A stretch of DNA of 64,000 bases from a virus, in the IMG/VR virus record IMGVR_UViG_3300046694_000196, positions 32,001 through 96,000 of that record; one strand, given 5' to 3'. Shown in pieces: positions 18,198 through 26,938 of the stretch. Every line of letters begins with the position of its first letter. Position 1 is the stretch's first letter. The translations under genes were made by a program, and so were the position numbers. The notes under the pieces are model-generated. The model searched no databases, was not told the DNA's origin, and saw nothing but the letters and a program-made list of their open reading frames with translations.

Positions 18198-18758
18198 ATG
18201 AACGTACTGACAGGCAAGCAGAGAGACATATTCGTCAGCTCAGACCACCACTTCAACCACGCGAACATACTGGGCTTCACGACAGTCGGCGGCAGCAAGT
18301 TCCGGGGCGACCTCTTCGACAGCGTCGAAGAGATGAACGAGGTCATGGTAGAGCGACACAACGCGGTGGTGGGCAGCAATGATATCTGGTACTGTCTTGG
18401 CGACGTTTACTTTGGTCACCGCGATGATGCTGCTAAAATTCTACCTCGACTGAACGGGAAGAAGCGGCTCATCCTGGGTAACCACGACGACGGCAAGTGT
18501 CCCGTCTTGCAACACCACTTCGAGAAGGTCATGCTCTGGCGGTTCTTCAAGGAGTTCGACTGCCTGCTGTCGCACACTCCCCAGCACGAGTCGAACCTCT
18601 ACAAGGTGACGTTCAACGTGCACGGGCACATCCACCAGAACGAGTCACCCTCTCTGAGGCACGTGAACGCCTGCGTCGAGAAGACCGGGTACGCTCCCGT
18701 GAACCTCGAGCAGCTGATGACCGACCACAAGCTGCTCACGCAGGAGACCTTCGGTTGA
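18198..18758 (+). CDS. calcineurin-like metallophosphoesterase
   Basis: SDHHFNH, LGDV, LGNHD, SHTP, VHGHIH. Confidence 0.92.
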   Translation: MNVLTGKQRDIFVSSDHHFNHANILGFTTVGGSKFRGDLFDSVEEMNEVMVERHNAVVGSNDIWYCLGDVYFGHRDDAAKILPRLNGKKRLILGNHDDGKCPVLQHHFEKVMLWRFFKEFDCLLSHTPQHESNLYKVTFNVHGHIHQNESPSLRHVNACVEKTGYAPVNLEQLMTDHKLLTQETFG

Positions 18759-18922
18759 CGCCGCTGACCTACACGCTCATACTCATCCTGTCGTCGAACA
18801 GCACGGTCGGCGGGTACGACACCGTCTCGGCCCCGTTCCGGTCTATGGAACAGTGCACTCTGGCGCAGGCAGACCTCGCAGTTAAGTTCAAGGCGAGGGT
18901 AGTGTTCGCGAAGTGCTATTGA
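18755..18922 (+). CDS. small secreted Cys-pair protein
   Basis: hydrophobic N-terminus, FRSMEQC...KC. Confidence 0.6.
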   Translation: MTPLTYTLILILSSNSTVGGYDTVSAPFRSMEQCTLAQADLAVKFKARVVFAKCY

Positions 18923-18924
18923 CA

Positions 18925-18953
18925 GTTTACATTTCTCGATTTCCTGATATACT
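18925..18953 (+). promoter_or_regulatory. T4-type early promoter for gp43B
   Basis: GTTTAC-N17-TATACT with TG extension. Confidence 0.85.
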
Positions 18954-18978
18954 GTAACTTCAGCTAGGACATACTCCC

Positions 18979-20079
18979 ATCGATTACTCAACTCTCAGCG
19001 ATGCAGAGCTCAGGGCCCTGCGTCAAGAGACCGAAGTAAAGGTCTCCAAGTACCACAACACCCAGCAGGGCAAGAAGATCGCGCTCAACGCATTCTACGG
19101 AGCACAGAGCAACCAGTTCTTCCTGTACTACTCAGACGTCCTCGCAGAGAGCATCACTCTCTCAGGGCAGCTGTCGGTCAAGTGGATCGCCAAGAAGTTC
19201 AACGCGAAGCTCAACGGGGTCCTCAAGACCTCGGGCGTCGACTACGTGCTCATGGTCGATACAGACTCCAACTACCTGTGCCTGGACGCCCTCGTCAAGA
19301 AGGTGTTCCCCGACGGGGCCCCCAAGGAGAAGGTAGTCAACTTCATCGACAAGTTCTGCCGAGAAGTGCTGGCGCCGTTCATTCGAGAGTCCTTCGAGGA
19401 GCTCGCGACGATGATGAACGCGTTCGAGCAGCGGATGTCGATGAAGCGCGAGAACATCGCGGACGTGACGATCATCACGGGCAAGAAGAAGTACATCATG
19501 AACGTGTGGGACTCCGAGGGGGTCAGGTACGAGACGCCCAAGGTCAAGATGACCGGCATAGAGGCAGTGCGCTCCAACACCCCGTTCGTCTGCCGCGAGT
19601 ACATCAAGAAATCGATCGAGATCATCGTGAACGGCACCGAGGAACAGCTCCACGAGTACGTCGCGAAGTGCCGCGAGGCGTTCAACGGCCTCAGGTTCGA
19701 AGAGGTCGGGAAGCCGACGGGCGTCAACGGCATGAAGGACTACGCCGACAAGTACACCGTCTACCGTAAGGGCACCCCGATGCACGTGCGCGCGGCGCTG
19801 CTCTACAACAAGGTCATCAAGGAACAGAAGCTCGACAAGAAGTTCCCGCTGATCAACGACGGCGACAAGATCAAGTACACATACATGAAGGTGCCCAATC
19901 CCCTGCGCGAGAACGTCTTCGCGTGCACCACTTCTCTGCCTTCTGTCCTGAAACTAGAACAGTACATCGATTTCGATACGCAGTTCGCAAAGACCTTCCT
20001 CAGCCCGCTAGAGATCATCCTGAAGGAGATCGGGTGGCACCACGAGAAGCGTCTCTCACTAGAGGAGTTCTTCACATGA
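18979..20079 (+). CDS. 43B: family B DNA polymerase, C-terminal half (gp43B), probable ATC start
   Basis: frame upstream of the track's 19246 start carries motif B KIALNAFYGA; then motif C VDTDS and KKKY; in-frame TAA at 18955; AGGA 9 nt before ATC 18979. Confidence 0.9.
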   Translation: MDYSTLSDAELRALRQETEVKVSKYHNTQQGKKIALNAFYGAQSNQFFLYYSDVLAESITLSGQLSVKWIAKKFNAKLNGVLKTSGVDYVLMVDTDSNYLCLDALVKKVFPDGAPKEKVVNFIDKFCREVLAPFIRESFEELATMMNAFEQRMSMKRENIADVTIITGKKKYIMNVWDSEGVRYETPKVKMTGIEAVRSNTPFVCREYIKKSIEIIVNGTEEQLHEYVAKCREAFNGLRFEEVGKPTGVNGMKDYADKYTVYRKGTPMHVRAALLYNKVIKEQKLDKKFPLINDGDKIKYTYMKVPNPLRENVFACTTSLPSVLKLEQYIDFDTQFAKTFLSPLEIILKEIGWHHEKRLSLEEFFT

Positions 20080-20651
20080 CACATACAGACAAGAACGAAG
20101 ACCGACCGAAGAAGGACTACGGCGACCGCAAGGGCGACTGGCTCCAGACGTACAGCGGCGGCTGTTTCTTCCCGATAGACCCCCGCCCCGAAGACGTCCA
20201 CATCGAGGACATCGCCCACTCGCTGTCCCACCAGTGCAGGTACGCTGGTCACTGCCGTGACTTCTACTCCATCGCAGAGCACTGCTGCCACATCTACGAC
20301 GCCATCGAAGACGAGCACAAGTTCGCGGCCCTGATGCACGACGCATCGGAGGCCTACCTGGTAGACGTCCCGCGACCGGTCAAGCCGTACCTGACGAACT
20401 ACAAGGAGATAGAGGCCCGCATCGAGGAAGTCATCTTCACGAAGTACGGCCTGCCTTTCCCGTTCCACCCGCGCGTCAAAGAGTTCGACAACAACATCAT
20501 AGTGGACGAGAAAGAGGCGCTCATGGCGCCCTGCGACCAGGAGTGGTACCTCATCGGCCTGGCAAAGGTCGGCGCCGTCATAGAGTGCTGGTCACCCGGC
20601 CGGGCCGAGGCAGAGTTCCTGGACCGGTTCCGGAGGCACTGGAGTGAGTGA
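20076..20651 (+). CDS. HD-domain 5'-deoxynucleotidase-like protein
   Basis: IEDIAHSLSHQCRYAGH, YSIAEH, ALMHDASEAYLVD. Confidence 0.88.
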   Translation: MTHTDKNEDRPKKDYGDRKGDWLQTYSGGCFFPIDPRPEDVHIEDIAHSLSHQCRYAGHCRDFYSIAEHCCHIYDAIEDEHKFAALMHDASEAYLVDVPRPVKPYLTNYKEIEARIEEVIFTKYGLPFPFHPRVKEFDNNIIVDEKEALMAPCDQEWYLIGLAKVGAVIECWSPGRAEAEFLDRFRRHWSE

Positions 20652-20847
20652 CTACGTGTACGTCCCAGAAGTCGAAGAGCGCGCTCGCCTACGCATAGCG
20701 GAGATGGTCGCGGGCGGTCTGCTCAGTGACAAGCTGTGCTTCGTGCACTGTGGAGAACGGTGTGACTGTGCAGGCGGCGCCCACCTATACATATACATGG
20801 AAGAACTAGAACGATACAAGGAAGAACATGAGCACCCTCAAGGATAA
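20644..20847 (+). CDS. hypothetical protein
   Basis: 67 aa, C-rich CFVHCGERCDC. Confidence 0.55.
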   Translation: MSDYVYVPEVEERARLRIAEMVAGGLLSDKLCFVHCGERCDCAGGAHLYIYMEELERYKEEHEHPQG

Positions 20848-21883
20848 GCTACTCAAGAACTCCACCATCAAGGAGACCGCGATACTCTCCGAGTCCAAGA
20901 TCTACGGCCACAAGGACATGATCCCGACCGTGGTCCCTATGATCAATGTCGCCCTCTCCGGGCGCATCGACGGGGGCCTCACGCCCGGCCTCACCACCAT
21001 CGCCGGCCCCTCCAAGCACTTCAAGACGGCGTACACTCTGCTCATGGCCTCGGCCTTCCTGAAGCAGTACCCCGACGGCATAGTGCTGTTCTACGACTCA
21101 GAGTTCGGCACGCCTGACTCCTACATCTCCAGCTTCGGCATAGACCCGTCGAAGGTCGTGCACTCCCCGCTCCTCAACATCGAGCAGTTCAAGTTCGACG
21201 TCATGGCGCAGCTCGAGGGCCTCGACCGCAAGGACAAGGTCCTCATCATGGTGGACTCGATCGGCAACCTCGCTTCCAAGAAAGAAGTCGACGACGCCAT
21301 CGAGGGCAAGTCGGTGGGAGATATGACGCGGGCGCGATCACTCAAGTCAGTTTTCCGCATGGTTACACCGTACTTAACGATCAAGGACATCCCGATGATC
21401 GTCATCAACCACACGTACCAGACCCAGGAGATCTACTCCAAGGCCGTGGTGTCGGGCGGTACGGGCATCTACTACAGCTCGGACAACATCTGGATCGTCG
21501 GCCGGCAACAGGACAAGGACGGCACCGAGATCAAGGGTTGGCACTTCGTCATCAACGTCGAGAAGTCTCGCTTCGTCAAGGAGAAGTCCAAGATACCGAT
21601 CAGCGTGTCCTACGAGAGCGGCATCATGAAGTGGTCGGGCTTCCTCGACATAGCCCTCGACGGCCAGTACGTCGGGAAGCCGTCTAACGGCTGGTACCAG
21701 CGAGTAGACCGGGAGACCGGCGAGCTCGTCGGAGACAAGTTCCGCGAGAAGCAGATCATCAACAACGGCGATTTCTGGAAAGAAGTGTTGACAACCACTG
21801 ACTTCGCCGATTATATTACCAAAAGGTACTCCATCGGTACGGGCAAGATCCTCGATGAAGACAACGTACCAGACGAGGAGTGA
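20828..21883 (+). CDS. uvsX: RecA-like recombinase UvsX
   Basis: AGPSKHFKT, FYDSEFG, DSIGNLASKKE, DMTRA. Confidence 0.97.
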   Translation: MSTLKDKLLKNSTIKETAILSESKIYGHKDMIPTVVPMINVALSGRIDGGLTPGLTTIAGPSKHFKTAYTLLMASAFLKQYPDGIVLFYDSEFGTPDSYISSFGIDPSKVVHSPLLNIEQFKFDVMAQLEGLDRKDKVLIMVDSIGNLASKKEVDDAIEGKSVGDMTRARSLKSVFRMVTPYLTIKDIPMIVINHTYQTQEIYSKAVVSGGTGIYYSSDNIWIVGRQQDKDGTEIKGWHFVINVEKSRFVKEKSKIPISVSYESGIMKWSGFLDIALDGQYVGKPSNGWYQRVDRETGELVGDKFREKQIINNGDFWKEVLTTTDFADYITKRYSIGTGKILDEDNVPDEE

Positions 21884-21932
21884 GGGCTCGCGCCCTCCTC
21901 ACCGCTCCCGTCCCTCTCGCTCCCGGTAAAGC

Positions 21933-23288
21933 ATGATAGAACAGACCATACTGTCGAGCCTCGTCCAGCACGAGGCTTACGCGCGGAAGGCCGTGCCGTA
22001 CCTCCGAGAGGAGTACTTCTCAGACTCGTCTGACCGGGCCCTCTACTCCCTCATCGATTCTTTCTTCAAGAAATACAACAGGCTCCCGAACCGTGAGGTC
22101 CTCCGCGTAGAGCTCGACTCGCTGAGCGTCAACCAGACCCTCTACGACGAGGTCTCCGAGAAGATAACTGCTCTCTCGAACGTGGTCACCGACGACCTGG
22201 ACTGGTTGATCGACCAGACCGAGAAGTTCTGTCAGGACAAGGCGATCTACAACTCCATCATGGAGTCTATCCAGATCCTCGACGGCAAGTCGAAGCTGGA
22301 CAAGGGCGCGATACCGGACCTGCTCCAGGAGGCCCTCGCGGTCTCTTTCGACGAGTCAGTGGGACACGACTACCTGGAAGACGCCGAGGCCAGGTTCGAC
22401 GCCTACTCAGACGAGGACTCCCGCATCAAGTTCTCGATCGACCTGATGAACAAGATCACGGGCGGCGGTCTCTCCAGGAAGACCCTGAACGTCTGGATGG
22501 CAGGCACCGGCGGCGGCAAGTCCATGTGGATGTGTCACGAGGCCGCGAACAACCTGCTCGACGGCAAGAACGTCCTGTACGTGACGCTCGAGATGAGCCA
22601 GGCCAAGATCGCCGAGCGCATCGACGCCAACCTCCTGGACGTCAACGTCAACCTCGTCAAGGACATGCCCAAGGAGGTCTACCTCAAGAAGATCAGGAAG
22701 CTGAAGGAGAAGACCCTCGGAAAGCTGATCGTCAAGGAGTACCCCAGCACCGGAGCCCACGCGGGACACCTGAGGTTCCTCCTCAACGAGCTGAAGACCA
22801 AGAAGAACTTCGTCCCCGACATCATCTACGTCGACTACATCAACCTGTGCGCGTCGTCTCGACTGAAGCCGGGCAACGTCAACTCCTACACCTACATCAA
22901 GGCCATCGCGGAAGAGCTCCGCGGCCTAGCAGTGGAGCAGGACCTGGTGCTGGTCACGGCGACCCAGGTCACCCGTACGGGCTACGGCGCGTCTGACATC
23001 GACCTCACCGACACCTCAGAGTCCTTCGGCCTGCCCGCGACGGCAGACCTGATGATCGCGATCATCGTGACGGAAGAACTGGACGAGCTCGGGCAGGTCA
23101 TGTTCAAGCAGCTCAAGAACAGGTACGGCGACCCCAACTACTACAAGAAGTTCCTGGTCGGTCGCGACGGCGGGAAGATGAGGTTCTACGACATAGCGAA
23201 CGACAACGAAGAGCCGGTGTTCGACAAGACCAAGGCAGGAGAAAAGACAAGTGGCAGCAACGGAAAGTTCGAATCTCTACGCTTCTGA
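21933..23288 (+). CDS. 41: replicative DnaB-like helicase
   Basis: AGTGGGKS, YVTLEM, IYVDYINL, SESFGLPATAD, KQLKNRY. Confidence 0.97.
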   Translation: MIEQTILSSLVQHEAYARKAVPYLREEYFSDSSDRALYSLIDSFFKKYNRLPNREVLRVELDSLSVNQTLYDEVSEKITALSNVVTDDLDWLIDQTEKFCQDKAIYNSIMESIQILDGKSKLDKGAIPDLLQEALAVSFDESVGHDYLEDAEARFDAYSDEDSRIKFSIDLMNKITGGGLSRKTLNVWMAGTGGGKSMWMCHEAANNLLDGKNVLYVTLEMSQAKIAERIDANLLDVNVNLVKDMPKEVYLKKIRKLKEKTLGKLIVKEYPSTGAHAGHLRFLLNELKTKKNFVPDIIYVDYINLCASSRLKPGNVNSYTYIKAIAEELRGLAVEQDLVLVTATQVTRTGYGASDIDLTDTSESFGLPATADLMIAIIVTEELDELGQVMFKQLKNRYGDPNYYKKFLVGRDGGKMRFYDIANDNEEPVFDKTKAGEKTSGSNGKFESLRF

Positions 23289-23547
23289 CGACGACGTCGA
23301 GATGTTCAAGGACGTCAGGTACCTCTTCAACGTCGAGGACTACCCACAGCTGAGCGAGATAGACGAGGAGGTCATACTCAAGTCGTGGCTCTACTACCGG
23401 CACAACCCCGAGAACAGCTACGCCAGGGTGCTAGACAGGGCTTCTTTCTACATCAAGCACGGCCTGACTCCCGCCTACTACAGCGACGAGGCCGGCTCTA
23501 TGCTAGTCGTCACCTCGAAAGAATTTATCCAGCGAAAGATGAACTAG
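23251..23547 (+). CDS. hypothetical protein
   Basis: 98 aa, overlaps gp41 end. Confidence 0.6.
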   Translation: MAATESSNLYASDDDVEMFKDVRYLFNVEDYPQLSEIDEEVILKSWLYYRHNPENSYARVLDRASFYIKHGLTPAYYSDEAGSMLVVTSKEFIQRKMN

Positions 23548-23548
23548 A

Positions 23549-23755
23549 ATGACAGAAATGGAAATCGGAGTAGTCGAGGACGCCATCGCGTGGTTCGTCA
23601 CTACCGCGGACTACAAGATCATGTTCTCAGACGTGCAGGAGAAGGAGTTCCGGGAATCTATGAATAAATACCCCGAGTCCCTGAAGAGGCTCGTCGCGAA
23701 CTACTGGGACCAGTACCTCAACTATGCCCCTGATACACAGGAACAACGACTCTAG
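23549..23755 (+). CDS. hypothetical protein
   Basis: 68 aa. Confidence 0.6.
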   Translation: MTEMEIGVVEDAIAWFVTTADYKIMFSDVQEKEFRESMNKYPESLKRLVANYWDQYLNYAPDTQEQRL

Positions 23756-23990
23756 GTCCTGCGGGGCCCTCACGATAGCCTCCCAGACAAAGGTGTCGGT
23801 CGCCGGCCAGGCAGTCGCACTCGTAGGAGACGTCGAGTCTCACGGCGGGGGAGCGTTCAACGAGAACGGCCGGAAGGTCTCCATAGACGGCATACACGTC
23901 GTCTGCGTGGGAGACTCCGCAGCCACTGACTCCCTCCTGCACCCGAACCCCTCTGCCGCTACCGGTTTCTCCAAGTTCTCGGTCTCCTGA
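23724..23990 (+). CDS. PAAR-like spike tip protein (gp5.4-like)
   Basis: HRNNDSRSCGA...VALVGD..SH...VSIDGIHVVCVGD...H; ATAAATA ~60 nt upstream. Confidence 0.8.
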   Translation: MPLIHRNNDSRSCGALTIASQTKVSVAGQAVALVGDVESHGGGAFNENGRKVSIDGIHVVCVGDSAATDSLLHPNPSAATGFSKFSVS

Positions 23991-24014
23991 GCCGATAAAT
24001 ACGTCAAGGAGACC
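23981..24014 (+). promoter_or_regulatory. late promoter inside RBS-sequestering hairpin (T4 gene e-like)
   Basis: GGTCTCCT(23981-88)/AGGAGACC(24007-14) stem; GATAAATA 23994-24001 in the loop. Confidence 0.85.
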
Positions 24015-24019
24015 CACAC

Positions 24020-24844
24020 ATGCTCAGCAGAGACCAGTTCGTAAAGGTAGTGGCAGGCGCGACCACGGCAAAGATCAACGCGTACATAGACCCGATATTC
24101 AACGCGATGCAGGAGTTCGGGATCGACACTTCTGAGAGACAGGTGATGTTCCTGGCGCAGGTGCTCACCGAGTCGGGCGCGCTGTCAGTAGTGGTCGAGA
24201 ACCTCAACTACTCTGCGGCGGGGCTGCTCAAGACGTTCCCGAAGTACTACCGCAACCAGGTCGAGGCCAACGCGCACGCGAAGCAGCCCGTGAAGATAGC
24301 TTCTCGAGTCTACGCCAGCCGCATGGGCAACGGGAACGAGGCGTCCCAGGACGGCTGGAAGTACAGGGGCCGCGGCCTCATCCAGATAACCGGCAAGAAC
24401 AACTACGTCTCGTTCGGTGAGGCCATCGGCCGCGACCTGACTGACGACCCGTCCTACCTGGAGACCCCCGAGGGTGCCTCTCGCTCGGCTGCCTGGTTCT
24501 GGAACGTCAACAACCTCAACAGGTTCGCGGACAGGAAAGACATCACCGGCTGCTCCAGGGCAGTGAACGGCGGCACCAACGGACTCGAGGAGCGCAAGCG
24601 CTACTACGCACACGGGCTAGACGTGATATCTGGCGACGCACCGTCTCCGGGCGTCGCCTTCACTACCCTCAAGGTAGGCTCGTCAGGTCCGGCAGTGGTG
24701 GAGATACAGACGCTGCTGGGCATCACCGCAGACGGACAGTTCGGCCCCGGCACCGCCGCGGCGGTCAAGACATTTCAGACCAGGAACGGCCTCGCGGCCG
24801 ACGGAATCGTGGGCCCGGCGACCTACGAAGAGTTGAAGAAGTAG
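24020..24844 (+). CDS. GH19 endolysin with C-terminal peptidoglycan-binding domain
   Basis: FLAQVLTES, ENLNYSA, YRGRGLIQITGKNNY, AVNGGTNGL; ADGQFGPGT/ADGIVGPAT. Confidence 0.95.
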   Translation: MLSRDQFVKVVAGATTAKINAYIDPIFNAMQEFGIDTSERQVMFLAQVLTESGALSVVVENLNYSAAGLLKTFPKYYRNQVEANAHAKQPVKIASRVYASRMGNGNEASQDGWKYRGRGLIQITGKNNYVSFGEAIGRDLTDDPSYLETPEGASRSAAWFWNVNNLNRFADRKDITGCSRAVNGGTNGLEERKRYYAHGLDVISGDAPSPGVAFTTLKVGSSGPAVVEIQTLLGITADGQFGPGTAAAVKTFQTRNGLAADGIVGPATYEELKK

Positions 24845-24845
24845 A

Positions 24846-25268
24846 ATGTTCTCTTCCCTTAAACTTTACCTAGCGGCTGGCGTGGCCGTGGCCCTCGTGG
24901 TCGCTGTCGGGTCGTTCGTGGTGTACAAGAAGACCATGGAGGCCGAGGTCGCCACCCTGAAGACCGAGAAGGCCCAGCTCCAGTCGAACGTCGACAAGAT
25001 GAAGATTGCAGTGCAGCTCAGCGAGCAGACCGTGAAGCTCCAGCAGGAAGCTGCCAAGAAACAGGCCGAGACCAACGGGGCGCTCGCGAAGTCACTGGCC
25101 GAGGCCGAGGCCGAGAACCTCGACAGGATATCGAAGCTCAAGGACGAGGACCTGGCGGCCCGCAGCGTGTCTGAGCCTGACAACGTAGAGAAAGAGATAA
25201 ACGATGCCTTCAAAGAAGTCAACGCTGCTGTGCGCAGCGCTACTGTTCCCGCCCCTGCTGGCAAGTAG
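24846..25268 (+). CDS. i-spanin (Rz-like)
   Basis: N-terminal TM plus coiled coil, follows endolysin. Confidence 0.8.
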   Translation: MFSSLKLYLAAGVAVALVVAVGSFVVYKKTMEAEVATLKTEKAQLQSNVDKMKIAVQLSEQTVKLQQEAAKKQAETNGALAKSLAEAEAENLDRISKLKDEDLAARSVSEPDNVEKEINDAFKEVNAAVRSATVPAPAGK

Positions 25269-25563
25269 CTGCACCTCCGACCGGGTCGATCGCGTCCAGG
25301 TGACCACCGCTACCGCTACGATCCACGTGCAGAAGCAGGGCGCTCCTCGACCGCCAGCGCTCAAGGACGTGAAGTGGTTCGTGGTCACCGAGAACAACTT
25401 CGAGGCCCTCAAGGCCAAGTTCGCGAAGGACGGCAAGGCCCTCGCGGCGTACGGCCTGACCCCCGCAGACTTCAAGGCCCTGCTCGCGAACCAGTCCGAG
25501 CTCCTGAGGTACATCAAGCAGCAGCAGGCTATTATCGTCTACTACGAGAAGAACACGGACTGA
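25204..25563 (+). CDS. o-spanin (Rz1-like lipoprotein)
   Basis: lipobox-like LLASSC, Pro-rich; overlaps i-spanin. Confidence 0.8.
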   Translation: MPSKKSTLLCAALLFPPLLASSCTSDRVDRVQVTTATATIHVQKQGAPRPPALKDVKWFVVTENNFEALKAKFAKDGKALAAYGLTPADFKALLANQSELLRYIKQQQAIIVYYEKNTD

Positions 25564-25579
25564 AGCAAGGACCTACATC

Positions 25580-26242
25580 ATGACGAAGACGAGACTCATC
25601 GGCGACGTGCACGGCGCCATGGACAGGTACCTCAGGATCATCGAGGGCGCAGAGCAGTCGGTGCAGGTCGGTGACTTCGGCATCGGCTTCCGTGCCAACC
25701 CGACCCACCTGTACGACTACAAGAAGCACCTCTTCATCCGCGGTAACCACGACTGGCCTCAGGGCTGCGCCGCCGAGGTGAACTGGATACCCGACGGGTC
25801 GATCACGGTCATCCCGGACACTTCAGACTCGGTCATGTACGCCGGCGGCGCCTGGTCCATCGACTGGGCCTACCGCACCGAGCACGTGTCCTGGTGGAGA
25901 GACGAGGAGCTGTCGCAGCACGCCCTGGACAAGATCGTCGAGGATTACGACCGGGCCAGGCCCAAGGTCATGGTCACCCACGAGATGCCCCAGTCGGTCG
26001 TGACAGAGTTCGGGATCAAGATCTTCGACGTGCCGTCGCGGACGAGAGACGCGTTCGACCGGATGCTTGCGATACACAGGCCGTCGCTCTGGGTCGGCGG
26101 ACACTGGCACCTGCCCTTCGACCGAGTCATCTACGGCACCAGGTTCATGGTGCTCGACTGCGACAGCTGGATCGACCTTGACCTTGCAGGCGACTGCCTC
26201 GAAGGTGAGCAGCAGAGACTGGCAAAACTTCACTATCTCTAA
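25580..26242 (+). CDS. metallophosphoesterase
   Basis: GDVHG, QVGDFG, RGNHD, VTHEMP, GGHWH. Confidence 0.9.
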   Translation: MTKTRLIGDVHGAMDRYLRIIEGAEQSVQVGDFGIGFRANPTHLYDYKKHLFIRGNHDWPQGCAAEVNWIPDGSITVIPDTSDSVMYAGGAWSIDWAYRTEHVSWWRDEELSQHALDKIVEDYDRARPKVMVTHEMPQSVVTEFGIKIFDVPSRTRDAFDRMLAIHRPSLWVGGHWHLPFDRVIYGTRFMVLDCDSWIDLDLAGDCLEGEQQRLAKLHYL

Positions 26243-26249
26243 AATAGTA

Positions 26250-26279
26250 GTTTACATCCTCTCCGGAATGGTATATCTT
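26250..26279 (+). promoter_or_regulatory. early promoter
   Basis: GTTTACA...TATCTT in AT-rich patch. Confidence 0.7.
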
Positions 26280-26309
26280 AGAATTATCAAATCGGAAAGG
26301 AACTCTGCA

Positions 26310-26486
26310 ATGTTTATCAAAGCCGCAAACGGAATGAAGTACCGTTTGGTACGCAACTCAGACCACTCTGATGAGTGGGTTGTTGTCGAACTTCATGCCG
26401 GCTCAAGGGATAAGACGGTGTTTCACGGTACGAAGTCTGAGTGTTCTGAGTGGATAGAACACAACGGGCACGACGAATGGAATTGA
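26310..26486 (+). CDS. small hypothetical protein
   Basis: AAGGA RBS; own promoter and terminator; AT-rich. Confidence 0.7.
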   Translation: MFIKAANGMKYRLVRNSDHSDEWVVVELHAGSRDKTVFHGTKSECSEWIEHNGHDEWN

Positions 26487-26501
26487 AATTTACTGCAATC
26501 T

Positions 26502-26522
26502 AGAGGCCTCCGGGCCTCTTTT
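26502..26522 (+). terminator. rho-independent terminator
   Basis: AGAGGCC-TCCG-GGCCTCT-TTT. Confidence 0.8.
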
Positions 26523-26525
26523 GTC

Positions 26526-26555
26526 GTTTACGTACCTGCTAGATTAGTTTATACT
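26526..26555 (+). promoter_or_regulatory. early promoter
   Basis: GTTTACG...TATACT. Confidence 0.75.
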
Positions 26556-26579
26556 GGTCGAGAAACAGAAAGGTGCACC

Positions 26580-26762
26580 ATGTTCGCTTCGATCATCATC
26601 TACTCCATCTCACTCGTCTTCTTCGTCCTGGGACTCCTGTTCCTCGGCGCGACGTTCCAGCCCGGCACGTCGAAGGGCACGGGACAGCTCGTCTGCCTGT
26701 TCTTCTTCTGCTTCTTCCTGCTCATCGCCGCCGGCGTAGCACTGGTGGGGGCTCACGTATGA
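26580..26762 (+). CDS. small 2-TM membrane protein
   Basis: two hydrophobic helices. Confidence 0.7.
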   Translation: MFASIIIYSISLVFFVLGLLFLGATFQPGTSKGTGQLVCLFFFCFFLLIAAGVALVGAHV

Positions 26763-26938
26763 TGGCTGTTCTGTTCTTCACCGCTGCCATGCTGGTCTAC
26801 GTCTTGTCGGTCGCGTTCTCGGGACTGAGTCGCGACGCGTCGGTGACGATGGGCCACCGAGTGGTCGCCGGGTGGATGGGAATTGCCCTGCTGTGCGTAG
26901 CGCTGATCCTAGCGATGTTCGGGAGCACGTACGTCTGA
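26759..26938 (+). CDS. small 2-TM membrane protein
   Basis: two hydrophobic helices; overlapping junctions. Confidence 0.7.
   Translation: MMAVLFFTAAMLVYVLSVAFSGLSRDASVTMGHRVVAGWMGIALLCVALILAMFGSTYV

Noticed and set aside
17957-18978. Group I intron or intein interrupting the DNA polymerase
   Set aside because: gp43A has its own stop. The gap is filled by three coupled ORFs and a promoter, and I could not recognise group I core or intein motifs. A split gene is simpler; RT-PCR would be definitive.
21884-21932. Hairpin GAGGGC/GCCCTC between uvsX and gp41 as a terminator
   Set aside because: No U-tract; at most an mRNA-stability element.
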